Source: a virus | Virus genome (UHGV): UHGV-0479444 | Length of the DNA stretch: 48,324 bases | Strand: one strand, 5' to 3' | Shown: one piece after another, positions 27,825-36,574 of the stretch | Numbering within the stretch: the stretch's first letter is position 1 | Layout: each line of letters opens with the position of its first letter | The notes under the pieces: generated by a model | Told to the model about the DNA's origin: nothing | The model's database searches: none | The model's input: only the letters and a program-made list of their open reading frames with translations | Program-made: the position numbers and the translations under genes

Positions 27825-29204
27825 CTATTCCATTGTATCTTCCAGGTTAAATTGTGACGCCTTCTGCAACATAATAATTGCCTGTTCCTCTGTTTCTCCA
27901 AAACGCTTCATTCGATATTCCACGGGACCAACAACCCCAAGACTATAATCTGTCCGAAGCTGTTCCGTCTCATATTTCTTGTCTGTTACAAGGGAATCAT
28001 CCCAACTGCAGGATACTTCTACCTTTCCATCTGCAGAAATGCCGCCAAGCGACATCCATACTTCCACTGCTGCCACAAGATTCTCAAGTGCGTTCCCAAG
28101 GCTATTCTGAATAGATTTTACCGTTGCGTAAGAGCGTTGCTTACTGGCCTTAATTTCTTCTGCTGTCTTATCCACTACCTGTGGATCTGAAAGAGTTCCA
28201 TAAGCCAGACCACAGTTAAACTCTACTTTCTGTATGATCCTGTTGTACCCGTTGAAGAAGCTCTCATCCCGGATTTCCGGTGAATACGCATTAAAAAAGG
28301 GATTTCCATCCCTACTCATCACATTCGGCCCCATTGCCCGGTAAAGCCGTTCTTTCCCTTTTGGCAGGATAACTTCTCCCTGTCGATTCTTCCGAAAGAA
28401 TTCGTCTGCTGCCTGAATTGCCGTTTCCTTTGATTTGTATTCCCACAACACTGCTCCATACTGCTCATCAGCATCCCTGATCTGATTCACGGCTCTTGCA
28501 TAGATCGATACACCAAGAGGAGAATGGATGTCTGTATTGTTTGCCAATGGAATTTTGAAGTAAGAAAACAGCATCCTGTCCGCATTCTGAAACTCGACAT
28601 AAGGGGCAATATCTGACCATTCCGGTACTTCTTCCAGATTGATCTCCTGTCCGAGATTTACGATATCATCCGTTTTTACCATTGCTTTCTTACTGATAAA
28701 AGCTTTGTTCACAATGCTGTATCTATCGCCCTGTAATGCGTGATATTCAAGTCTTGTATAAAGATTCTTTCCAGCGCGCTTAAATTCTGGGAAGATAGCC
28801 GCTGTAATCTCTCCTGCGCTGTTAAACTCTACCGGATAAAAGTCACCGGCTCTCACTACATCTATCTCAATCCCTTTCTGGGATAAATACGGTTTAAAGA
28901 CCACACCGCCTGTACTGCAGGCAAACTCTGTGTAGTTTGAAATCTCATTTAGAAACGGCTGCATCCCCTCTTTAATCATTTCAGCTTTGCTTCCGCCCGT
29001 AATATTGATACTGGATTCCATTGTCACCAGTCTTGCCATTTCGGAGCAGATTGCTGCCGGGAGGTTCAATCCCTTTACATCATCATTCAACCAGGAGGAT
29101 TCGTTGATATACATCTTCGACCAACGATAGATTGCCTGTGCCATTCTCTGGGATACCGCAACATCCACTCCCATTGCCTGTTTTATAGTTTCATACTGTA
29201 TCAA
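27825..29204 (-). CDS. Portal protein (459 aa)
   Basis: Immediately downstream of and overlapping TerL. Size and acidic C-terminus typical. Confidence 0.75.
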   Translation of the reverse strand: MIQYETIKQAMGVDVAVSQRMAQAIYRWSKMYINESSWLNDDVKGLNLPAAICSEMARLVTMESSINITGGSKAEMIKEGMQPFLNEISNYTEFACSTGGVVFKPYLSQKGIEIDVVRAGDFYPVEFNSAGEITAAIFPEFKRAGKNLYTRLEYHALQGDRYSIVNKAFISKKAMVKTDDIVNLGQEINLEEVPEWSDIAPYVEFQNADRMLFSYFKIPLANNTDIHSPLGVSIYARAVNQIRDADEQYGAVLWEYKSKETAIQAADEFFRKNRQGEVILPKGKERLYRAMGPNVMSRDGNPFFNAYSPEIRDESFFNGYNRIIQKVEFNCGLAYGTLSDPQVVDKTAEEIKASKQRSYATVKSIQNSLGNALENLVAAVEVWMSLGGISADGKVEVSCSWDDSLVTDKKYETEQLRTDYSLGVVGPVEYRMKRFGETEEQAIIMLQKASQFNLEDTME

Positions 29205-30559
29205 CGTTCCTCACCTCTTTCTGATATTGGCAACATAAATTTAATCTGGTTCCACATCCCAACACACAGATACCTGCTTCCATCAAGCGCATGATCGTTC
29301 TCTTTTACTGGTATCTCAACGCCTTTTTTAATTCCATCTGTATTGTACTGATAAAGTCCAAACTCCTTGATCAGCATCTTCTGTTTCTCGCTGACGATCA
29401 TTCTTCCGAAAGACAACAACTTCTGCACACGGCTGATCCCCAACTTGACATCATTCTGCGCCGGTATAACCGGTATATGGGGGATGACTCTCCGTATTTC
29501 CTCAATCAGACCTGCTGCCGATGGATCCACGAATATGTAGCTGACTACACGGTCATACTCCTGTTCTATCTTGTCGCAGAATGTTTTCATATTCTGTGCA
29601 TACTCCGAAGGAGATTTCTGTGTTCCACTTTCTCGCCCAGAATAGTAATACTCATCGATTCCACGCAGGACCTGATTTTGATAGTCAATGCCGAACGCTT
29701 CATAGACTGTTGCATTCTGCTGACCGTAATCCACTCCAATTCCAATCTCCCCAATGCTTCGTTTCTCTTCCTCAATGTAATCTTCCGGCTGATAAATATG
29801 CTTCTCTGCTGAAAACATATAGTAGATCAGATCATCAACTCCCGTAGGCTCTCCTAACCATGTCCACCGGTACATCTTGATATCCGCTCGCATCATAGCT
29901 TCTGCAGAATCAATCAGATCCTGTCCTAACCAATCAACCGGAACATCTTTATAGCTTGTGTGAATATGGATGCAGTCCTCCCGCTCTTCCATCTTCTTAC
30001 ACCAGAGGTTGATCGGAGCATTCGGATTCTTCGGCGGATTGTAAAGATAGATCATCTGGAAACCAGCTTTATTTCCACGGACGAACGTTGCTTCTATATT
30101 CGCCAGTTCATCTTCCCCTTCCCCGTCATCAAAGAACTCTGTCAGCTCATCCAATACTACTAACTTGATCGGCTTGTCCTCATCGATGATACCCTTTGTA
30201 TCGTCAATCCCGTCAGAACCGGAGAAATACATCGTTGTATTGTGCTTTTTATATGTAATCTCCATCGGTGATTTTCCGATCTTGAAATATGACTTGGGGA
30301 TTTCTAGCCGGTTAATGCCCCGAAGCATTTCTTTGTACACTGTTTTCCGCAGCTTATTGTGATGCTTGCGAAGAACTACTGCTGAACCATTCGCATCATC
30401 CACCAACTGGAAGATTCCTCTGACTCCTGCATAACTGGATTTTGTACCGGCACGGCCAGATGTCAGGATAATATGTTTATGCTGTTTATCGTTAAATAAA
30501 GGCAGATATTTCGGAATGATCAGATCTGATATTCTAACCTGTTTCTTTGTCTGCATCAT
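29201..30559 (-). CDS. terL: Terminase large subunit (452 aa)
   Basis: Walker A ILTSGRAGTKSS near the N-terminus. C-terminal nuclease-like acidic residues. PBSX/SPP1-like arrangement. Confidence 0.9.
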   Translation of the reverse strand: MMQTKKQVRISDLIIPKYLPLFNDKQHKHIILTSGRAGTKSSYAGVRGIFQLVDDANGSAVVLRKHHNKLRKTVYKEMLRGINRLEIPKSYFKIGKSPMEITYKKHNTTMYFSGSDGIDDTKGIIDEDKPIKLVVLDELTEFFDDGEGEDELANIEATFVRGNKAGFQMIYLYNPPKNPNAPINLWCKKMEEREDCIHIHTSYKDVPVDWLGQDLIDSAEAMMRADIKMYRWTWLGEPTGVDDLIYYMFSAEKHIYQPEDYIEEEKRSIGEIGIGVDYGQQNATVYEAFGIDYQNQVLRGIDEYYYSGRESGTQKSPSEYAQNMKTFCDKIEQEYDRVVSYIFVDPSAAGLIEEIRRVIPHIPVIPAQNDVKLGISRVQKLLSFGRMIVSEKQKMLIKEFGLYQYNTDGIKKGVEIPVKENDHALDGSRYLCVGMWNQIKFMLPISERGEER

Positions 30560-30983
30560 TGATAATCTCTACTCCTTCCGTTTCATCCTCACTACTGCAA
30601 TCTCTGTTCAGCTTATCTGCGTTTGCCCGTTTCAATTCTGTATCTGCTTCTCGGTTGCGTCTGTTCTCATCCGGTTCCGGTGATTGCCCTGCATACTTCG
30701 CTACGAACGTAGCCGCCTGTGTATTTCCGCTCAGCGCTTCTTTGATCTGTGCCATCAAAAGAGCCGATTCCAGAGTGCACTCAACACCAAGTGACTCTAA
30801 AACCGGCTTCCATTCTTCACTATCTATTTCTGCAGTAAGCATCAGGTTCAGCGTTTTCCGAAAATTTGCTTTCCTTCTTCTTGCTTCGCCACTTGCTTTA
30901 CCCGCTTTTATTGCTAACTCCCGCCGTTCCTCCGCGGTTTTCTTATCAAATCCATGATCTTTTATGTTATCATAACCTGCCAC
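30534..30983 (-). CDS. Putative terminase small subunit (~149 aa, GTG start)
   Basis: GGAAGGTGG RBS before GTG at 30983. N-terminal GFDKKTAEERRELAIKAG resembles the TerS HTH region. Overlaps TerL. Confidence 0.5.
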   Translation of the reverse strand: MAGYDNIKDHGFDKKTAEERRELAIKAGKASGEARRRKANFRKTLNLMLTAEIDSEEWKPVLESLGVECTLESALLMAQIKEALSGNTQAATFVAKYAGQSPEPDENRRNREADTELKRANADKLNRDCSSEDETEGVEIINDADKETG

Positions 30984-31010
30984 TTCACCACCTTCCAATC
31001 TGTTAATTTT

Positions 31011-31042
31011 TAGCGCAAAAAAGAGACACCGAAGTGTCTCCT
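31011..31042 (-). terminator. Rho-independent terminator after the membrane-protein moron, abutting the TerS start
   Basis: - strand GAGACAC-TTCG-GTGTCTC followed by TTTTTTGCGC. Confidence 0.6.
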
Positions 31043-31044
31043 TG

Positions 31045-31779
31045 TTACAATATATTTTCTTCTTTCAGGATTTCATATAATTCTCTATATTCTTTGTATT
31101 CTTCTTTAAGTCCTTCGCTGAAGTAATTAAATCCTATCACTGAAGTATAGTATGTAGGGTTCCACTCTGTTACTTCTAAAAACCTGTTCACTGTAAACTG
31201 CAGCCTATCCAAACTCCTAGTGCCATCCATGCCTTCAAGCAGTATATAATATGTCAAAGTAACATCTTCGAAGTGTTCATTTTCCTTATTTAATTTCAAA
31301 GTTAATACTCTTTCAGGATCTTCGTATTCTTCTGTTCTAATTGTCGCTGCATTTACAGGATCTATGTCCTCAATTCTATTGTTACTAAATTCGATAATTG
31401 AAAATTTATACACCTCTCCTGTACGAACATCTATTTTTATTGGAATTTGTAAATCAGCTCTTTCTAAATTATTTTGAATATTTCTTATTGCATCTTTAGA
31501 CGGTTGCACATACGAGTAAGTCAATTTTTCTATTAAACGTGAATGAGCATCCTGATCCTTTTGATGATTGTAACTATTGAGACTCAACAAATTTGCAATT
31601 AATGCTATACTTATTGTTACCAGACAACCAATATTTTTCTCAAATAATACAAAGATATGGTCATCTCGTTTTTCTTTTTTTCTTATATACTTAAACATAC
31701 AGCATATTGTATATAAAAAAATGATAACAAAAACAAAACCAAGAAGTGCAAGCATTCCCCACAACAAATATATACTCAT
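31045..31779 (-). CDS. Membrane-anchored hypothetical protein (244 aa; two N-terminal TM helices plus cytoplasmic domain), AT-rich moron
   Basis: Start MSIYLLWG with AGAGGGA RBS. Has its own promoter and terminator. Visibly more AT-rich than neighbouring genes. Confidence 0.6.
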   Translation of the reverse strand: MSIYLLWGMLALLGFVFVIIFLYTICCMFKYIRKKEKRDDHIFVLFEKNIGCLVTISIALIANLLSLNSYNHQKDQDAHSRLIEKLTYSYVQPSKDAIRNIQNNLERADLQIPIKIDVRTGEVYKFSIIEFSNNRIEDIDPVNAATIRTEEYEDPERVLTLKLNKENEHFEDVTLTYYILLEGMDGTRSLDRLQFTVNRFLEVTEWNPTYYTSVIGFNYFSEGLKEEYKEYRELYEILKEENIL

Positions 31780-31810
31780 AGTTATTCCCTCTTTTCTCGA
31801 ATTAATTTCC

Positions 31811-31839
31811 ATGATACTCTATTCTATGAACTTTTTCAA
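31811..31839 (-). promoter_or_regulatory. Sigma70-type promoter TTGAAA-17-TATCAT for the membrane-protein gene
   Basis: - strand -35 at 31839-31834 and -10 at 31816-31811 with a 17-nt spacer. Confidence 0.5.
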
Positions 31840-31937
31840 CTTTTTTGATATTTAGAACTACCACAAAAATGAAATACGTAACTTGGCAACTTTACTGGAT
31901 TCTATAACACAAGGAGGGAACTTGCGGTAGTCCACAA

Positions 31938-32011
31938 TCCGGACAACGGGAATCGAACCCGTGACACACAGCTTATAAGGCTGCCGCTCTGACCGACTGA
32001 GCTATGTCCGG
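31938..32011 (-). tRNA. tRNA-Ile, anticodon UAU (reads AUA)
   Basis: Hand-folded cloverleaf. Acceptor CCGGACA/TGTCCGG. D-stem GCTC/GAGC with GG in the loop. Anticodon stem GCAGC/GCTGT and loop CTTATAA (U33, A37). 5-nt variable loop. T-arm ACGGG-TTCGATT-CCCGT. Discriminator A. No encoded CCA. Confidence 0.8.
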
Positions 32012-32211
32012 TAGGATGCCTTTTATTGACATCCTTTTACCCTATCCGCACTCGGGTACGCTGATTACACTAAATATAGATTGCTGAATCTATTTTTGTT
32101 TGTTTTGCAGATCTGCGGATATCTGCGTTTTGGTACCATTTGTGATGTAAAGCCGGTGTGCACTCCCTACAGCAACCCCCAGCTGGTAAGCCGCAAACCT
32201 TACATCACAAA

Positions 32212-32255
32212 ACCGTGTGCAGGGATCGAACCTGCTTGTCCCAACTGACCACGGC
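32212..32255 (-). other. tRNA-like fragment (acceptor-like stem plus perfect T-arm), possible pseudo-tRNA or minihelix
   Basis: - strand GCCGTGG-TCAGTTGGGACAA-GCAGG-TTCGATC-CCTGC-ACACGGT. T-arm is canonical but D and anticodon arms are missing. Followed by a long 11-bp hairpin (32141-32209). Confidence 0.3.
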
Positions 32256-32298
32256 ATAAAAACACCGCCAGACGAGAAAGGGTGAAAGCCCGGCGGTG
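32256..32298 (-). terminator. Terminator at the end of the early operon
   Basis: - strand CACCGCC-(22-nt loop)-GGCGGTG followed by TTTTTAT. Confidence 0.5.
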
Positions 32299-32395
32299 CT
32301 TCGAATGTTTGGAAAGATTTTGAAGTCTTTCTTCTGACTCCATGTTATACTATATATTATTTAAAACGAACAATGTGAACAAAACGAACAAACTT

Positions 32396-32812
32396 TTATT
32401 TTTCTTTCATCCACCTCTGAAATTCCATTCTTGCACTATCTCCCGTGCAATTTCCTTTCATTTTCGCAGCCACTTCATCCCACGTCAGTCCTTGCATGAC
32501 CTTGAACCGGATAATCCTCTGCATCCTTACCGGAGCTTTATTGATTACTCGCTCTGCTTTTACTTTAATCTGCTTTGCGTTCAGCTTTCGTTCCTCCAAC
32601 AACCGTTCCTCTTCGTCTATATTCACCGTGTTCTCTACACATCCAGAGATATTAAAGCTCTGTGGCTGGTACGGGAACTCTGGATTGCTGCCTGTCACTT
32701 TATCCTGCACAAACGTCTTTCTTCTGTGCCGTCTGATATCTTCCTCTGTCTCTTTCACAAGTGCTTTCGCATCCATGTACTCATAGATTATATTCTTATC
32801 CACCTCAATCAC
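32396..32812 (-). CDS. ArpU-family / sigma-70 region-4-like late transcriptional activator (138 aa, GTG start)
   Basis: C-terminal RIIRFKVMQGLTWDEVAAKM looks like a sigma region 4 HTH. Canonical position just upstream of the packaging/late region. Confidence 0.6.
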   Translation of the reverse strand: MIEVDKNIIYEYMDAKALVKETEEDIRRHRRKTFVQDKVTGSNPEFPYQPQSFNISGCVENTVNIDEEERLLEERKLNAKQIKVKAERVINKAPVRMQRIIRFKVMQGLTWDEVAAKMKGNCTGDSARMEFQRWMKEK

Positions 32813-32984
32813 CTCCCGGAATTGGCTTTTTGATGTTGTACTTGCTTGCTATGTATTCCAGAGTGTCCGTATTTGTTCTGTCAGCCCTTTTAAAATCACA
32901 GGCAAAGGCTTTATGCTCCTGTTGCTTTAAAGCGGTCTCACAGGGCTTTCTCGTTGCCATAGTGTATGCTTCTATTTTCTTCAT
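32805..32984 (-). CDS. Hypothetical protein (59 aa)
   Basis: ATG at 32984. TGA overlaps the GTG start region of the ArpU-like gene. Confidence 0.4.
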   Translation of the reverse strand: MKKIEAYTMATRKPCETALKQQEHKAFACDFKRADRTNTDTLEYIASKYNIKKPIPGGD

Positions 32985-33020
32985 GATGTCCGCTGTCTCC
33001 TTTCTGCATCTAGCTTATTA

Positions 33021-33464
33021 TCACCATTCACTCACCCTCACAGGAAGTATGATGCCTATTATTTCTCCGTAGCGTGTAAACACGGCATCGTAGTATTCAG
33101 AGTTTCCTTGGTATTTAATAAGATTTGGCGTGCATCCGTCAAACATTTTCAAATATTTATTATCAAACCAAGCGTATTCCCCTGTTGTCTCGTCTCTTAT
33201 TGCTCTCAGAATGCTTTTGCCAGTTGTAAGCATTCTGTTTGACAACTTGGCCGCCCTCATTTGGCTCTGAATATTTTCTGTGGAAAAATGTTTCACCCCA
33301 TCTTCTGGCAATTTCTTCTGCTTATCTATGTCGAGCAAGAAATCTTCTTTCTTCACAAATACAATATATCTACCTTGCGTAATCATCACTTTTCCGTCTA
33401 TCTCGCCCATCATATACGATCTTGTTTTCACTGCTTCTATCTGCACTTTATCTTCAATTAGCAT
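33021..33464 (-). CDS. Hypothetical protein (147 aa)
   Basis: Intact ORF in the early operon. No motif. Confidence 0.5.
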   Translation of the reverse strand: MLIEDKVQIEAVKTRSYMMGEIDGKVMITQGRYIVFVKKEDFLLDIDKQKKLPEDGVKHFSTENIQSQMRAAKLSNRMLTTGKSILRAIRDETTGEYAWFDNKYLKMFDGCTPNLIKYQGNSEYYDAVFTRYGEIIGIILPVRVSEW

Positions 33465-33501
33465 TTTCTCTTCTCCTTCCTGCGTCTCATGGTTTCCCTG
33501 T

Positions 33502-34098
33502 TCATTCCGTTACCTCAATTTCCTCTCCTGTCAGCTCTTCCAACTTCTGTCGCATTTCTTCCACTGTCATTTTCTTTGGTTCTTTGCGCTCCCAGATGAG
33601 TTCGAGGTTGCCTTTAATAAACACATCTTCTATGCGTCTGAGTGATTCCGGAGTAATCCTATAGACTTTAACGATGTCTCCTCCTGTATAACCTTCCCAT
33701 TTCAAGTCATCATCATAACCGCCTATATGATTGCGTCCGCCTCTTCTCACTACCATCCCGGCCAATACAAGATACATTTCACCATTTCTTTGCTCAACTA
33801 CCATCCCATCTCTCAGATCTGCCTTGGTAAATTCTTTGTCCATGTAATCACTCCATTCTAAGATTTTATAATTGTACTTTTCCGCAAAATCACGAGTCGA
33901 ATATTCTCCGCTTCCGTAATAACACGTTCCTTCGTTGCGCATATAATTTGTATTTTTCAAATAACTTTCTCCGTTACACCACTTCATTCTATGTTCGTGC
34001 ATCTGCTTACAAAAGTCTACCGCTTCCTCCTCAGTCTTACAGTACACCGCAATCTTATTGTCTTTATTTTTAAATTCGTTCCAATTAAATTTTTTCAT
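33502..34098 (-). CDS. Hypothetical protein (198 aa)
   Basis: Intact ORF. No motif. Confidence 0.5.
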   Translation of the reverse strand: MKKFNWNEFKNKDNKIAVYCKTEEEAVDFCKQMHEHRMKWCNGESYLKNTNYMRNEGTCYYGSGEYSTRDFAEKYNYKILEWSDYMDKEFTKADLRDGMVVEQRNGEMYLVLAGMVVRRGGRNHIGGYDDDLKWEGYTGGDIVKVYRITPESLRRIEDVFIKGNLELIWERKEPKKMTVEEMRQKLEELTGEEIEVTE

Positions 34099-34102
34099 CT
34101 TC

Positions 34103-34294
34103 CTACCTCACTATCTTTCGCACAATCCAATCCAAAAACACCACAAATAGCAGTATCGGGAATCCCGCAGCCATCAGGTAATCCGCACCTTCTAGTTTTA
34201 CATCCTCTTCCAATCCTGCCTTTAAAGTAATCACGGTTCCCGGTCCCAATATGTAGTAAAGGGTCAAAAATGCGATTGTGATTAAAATGTCCAT
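34103..34294 (-). CDS. Small membrane protein (63 aa)
   Basis: Two hydrophobic helices. Confidence 0.4.
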   Translation of the reverse strand: MDILITIAFLTLYYILGPGTVITLKAGLEEDVKLEGADYLMAAGFPILLFVVFLDWIVRKIVR

Positions 34295-34295
34295 G

Positions 34296-34760
34296 TTATT
34301 CCTCCTTGTATGGTTCTGGAAGTGGCTGCCATGCTACAACCTTTTCATACCCCAATTCATCATTTGTACTAAACTCCGTATCAACAAATCCTAAACTTGT
34401 CGAATCGTAAATATCATGCCAAAATCCAAATCCATATTCACTATCATACTGGCAGAACATCGGCAAATCCTCTTCGTGATTTTCGACAATACACATATAG
34501 AATCTCATATCATCATCTTCTGGCAATCTATCTTCTACTGAAATCCAGTCTTTATCTTTCTTCCCGTCTTCATATCCGATCTGATACTGCTTTCTTCGAC
34601 TGCAATCTCCGCAATTTGGAATATCGTCCATGTGAGAACGGATGATTTCCTCGATCTTTTTAGTTCCGATCGCTTTAAAGTATTTATGCGGTAATCCTAC
34701 AGTAGACACTTTAATTGATGCATTTCCTATCTCTTCCAAAATCTTCTCTAGTACGTTCAT
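34296..34760 (-). CDS. Hypothetical protein (154 aa)
   Basis: Intact ORF. Cys/His-containing. Confidence 0.5.
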   Translation of the reverse strand: MNVLEKILEEIGNASIKVSTVGLPHKYFKAIGTKKIEEIIRSHMDDIPNCGDCSRRKQYQIGYEDGKKDKDWISVEDRLPEDDDMRFYMCIVENHEEDLPMFCQYDSEYGFGFWHDIYDSTSLGFVDTEFSTNDELGYEKVVAWQPLPEPYKEE

Positions 34761-34945
34761 TCCGTATCCTCCTTATCCACATACTTCTCCACGACATCTA
34801 CTGCACAAGTCAGCCCGTAAATATAGCTTTCCAGCTCTTCTGCTGTTTTGCTCGCTCCGTGTTTTCGCTTTTCTTCTTTCAACGTTTCGTAGGCATCATT
34901 TTTCATGGATTCGATTTCTTCTAAAATCTTCTCTAATGCGTTCAT
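34757..34945 (-). CDS. Hypothetical protein (62 aa)
   Basis: Coupled small ORF. Confidence 0.4.
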   Translation of the reverse strand: MNALEKILEEIESMKNDAYETLKEEKRKHGASKTAEELESYIYGLTCAVDVVEKYVDKEDTE

Positions 34946-34948
34946 ACT

Positions 34949-35143
34949 TTATTTCTCGTTTTCCAGCGCTTCTTTCAGCACTCTTTCCACTTCTTCCGTT
35001 TCTTTTCCCCATGATTCCGCACATCTTTTTACACCTTCCGCGTAAGCTGTAAGACTCATTACTAAGTGTTCTTCCGCACTTGCATTTGTCCAAGTTCTGC
35101 ATTCTCCATTTTTGCGCAATATAGTTATCATTATTTTCATCAC
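34949..35143 (-). CDS. Hypothetical protein (64 aa)
   Basis: Coupled small ORF. Confidence 0.4.
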   Translation of the reverse strand: MMKIMITILRKNGECRTWTNASAEEHLVMSLTAYAEGVKRCAESWGKETEEVERVLKEALENEK

Positions 35144-35293
35144 TCTACCTCCAACAATCCCGCTTCTATAAATACACCTTCTAATAACTCACTCATTTTA
35201 TTAGTATCAATGGTAATCGGCTCACGCGGAAACTCTTCCTGATTTCCACAGCACGCATACAATTTTGCAATTAAAATATCATATTTTTTCATC
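35141..35293 (-). CDS. Hypothetical protein (50 aa, MKKYDILIAKLYACCGNQEEF...)
   Basis: GGAGGTGGAGTG RBS. TGATG overlap with the next gene. Not in the ORF track because it is shorter than 60 aa. Confidence 0.4.
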
Positions 35294-35355
35294 ACTCCAC
35301 CTCCAACAGTTCAAAATATTTTTCCAAATGCTCTTCTGAAATTTGGAATAATAAT

Positions 35356-35574
35356 TTACTTTTCCATCACTTCCTCAAACATTTTTTTGGGGAGTATCTT
35401 ATGACAGTTGATACATTGTTTTCTACGCCCCGCATAGTCTGTCATATCTTCTGTTCCTCCGATCGGTTCACCGTCAAAATTAAACAATAAAGCTCTATGT
35501 ACTCTTTCCAGCATATAATATCCTCTGTCGGAATCGCAAAATGGGCATTTCTTTAATTCTCCCATGTTATTCAC
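35356..35574 (-). CDS. Lar-like zinc-ribbon protein (72 aa)
   Basis: LKKCPFCDSD...CINCHK. Paralogous N-terminus to the 36100-36288 protein. Confidence 0.5.
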   Translation of the reverse strand: MNNMGELKKCPFCDSDRGYYMLERVHRALLFNFDGEPIGGTEDMTDYAGRRKQCINCHKILPKKMFEEVMEK

Positions 35575-35945
35575 TCCACCTCCAACAGCTCTGGATTGTC
35601 AAAAATGTTTCCTGCCACTTCCGTCTGGTAACTCCAATAGTTATCAAAATCAACAGTTAATCCATCCCCATTCATAACAAATCTTGCGGCGTCTTCTTCC
35701 CATTTACATGTAAAATAACCTTCTTCATCTGGAAGTTCTACAATATCATTCTCCCAGATTTTCTTGTCGTTCTTGTCGGTAAGTCCGATGTACTGGCATA
35801 TGGTGTCTGAATCGCATCTATAACACTTTTCTCCACGCACATCTACAATCCAGATTACATCATCATATTTCGTACGCTCTAAATCCCCTTCCACCCATTC
35901 ACCATTATCTATTCTCTTCGCTTTAAAAAGGATTTCTCTATTCAT
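35571..35945 (-). CDS. YopX-family protein
   Basis: N-terminal ILFKAKRIDNGEWVEGDL and C-terminal IGNIFDNPELLE are characteristic YopX motifs. Start taken as MNREILF (35945). The ORF tracker begins at a TTG. Confidence 0.65.
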   Translation of the reverse strand: MNREILFKAKRIDNGEWVEGDLERTKYDDVIWIVDVRGEKCYRCDSDTICQYIGLTDKNDKKIWENDIVELPDEEGYFTCKWEEDAARFVMNGDGLTVDFDNYWSYQTEVAGNIFDNPELLEVE

Positions 35946-35947
35946 AA

Positions 35948-36103
35948 TTAAACCCGCTCCCATGACCAATTAACCTGTTCCATAACCATATCTCTCATAG
36001 CTTCTTCGATTTCCTCATCAGTTACATCATCACCAAACTCTTCTTCAAATGTCATATTTGTTCCAGCAAAACCATAATTTGCCTCCGCTTTTACTTTAAT
36101 CAT
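35948..36103 (-). CDS. Small acidic protein (51 aa)
   Basis: GGAGAGTGGAAGA RBS. ATGA overlap with the upstream Lar gene stop. TAA abuts the YopX ATG. Confidence 0.35.
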   Translation of the reverse strand: MIKVKAEANYGFAGTNMTFEEEFGDDVTDEEIEEAMRDMVMEQVNWSWERV

Positions 36104-36288
36104 TCTTCCACTCTCCTATTCCATTTCCCCATAGCAGTTGTTTCTAAAGCACATCTTCGCGTTGCGACTCCGCATTCTTCGCAGTACACGAAAGCTGATA
36201 TAACTTTTTCGTCAAATCCATAATGGATTTTCAGCATTGCTTCTCCGCCACAAAACGGGCATTTCTTTAATTCCTCCATGCTACTCAC
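36100..36288 (-). CDS. lar: Lar-family restriction-alleviation-type zinc-ribbon protein (62 aa)
   Basis: MEELKKCPFCGGEA...YCEECG is the classic Lar-family N-terminal zinc ribbon. Confidence 0.55.
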   Translation of the reverse strand: MSSMEELKKCPFCGGEAMLKIHYGFDEKVISAFVYCEECGVATRRCALETTAMGKWNRRVEE

Positions 36289-36574
36289 TCCAATCTAATC
36301 TCTGTCCGCAATCCCAACAATAGTTTGTGTTCTGTCTTTCATTCATCATTTCTGTCAACAGACAGTTACCGCAAGTCTGACAAGTGTAATATTTTGTTTT
36401 CTTAATTAAGCCATCACTCATTCCATTTTCCCTAGGTCTCTTCGGCAACTGCTTTTCCAGTGCTTCAATTGCAGTTTCATAATATTTAGGAATATGCTTA
36501 AATCCCATTCCTTCCATATCGAATAACATTATTTTAAAATACTCTATCGCTTCTCTAACTTTCTTCTCATCCAT
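36281..36574 (-). CDS. Zinc-finger protein (97 aa)
   Basis: YYTCQTCGNCL...YCWDCGQ (four Cys). Confidence 0.45.
   Translation of the reverse strand: MDEKKVREAIEYFKIMLFDMEGMGFKHIPKYYETAIEALEKQLPKRPRENGMSDGLIKKTKYYTCQTCGNCLLTEMMNERQNTNYCWDCGQRLDWSE

Noticed and set aside
30534-30998. TerS starting at the ORF-track coordinate 30998
   Set aside because: That codon is TTG with no SD. GTG at 30983 has a GGAAGGTGG RBS, so the start was moved.
31577-31855. + strand 92-aa ORF overlapping the membrane-protein gene and its promoter
   Set aside because: It is antisense to a supported gene, AT-rich low-complexity, and has no RBS.
32342-32833. + strand 163-aa and 113-aa ORFs opposite the ArpU-like gene
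   Set aside because: They are antisense to a gene with a recognisable sigma-like HTH and have no RBS.
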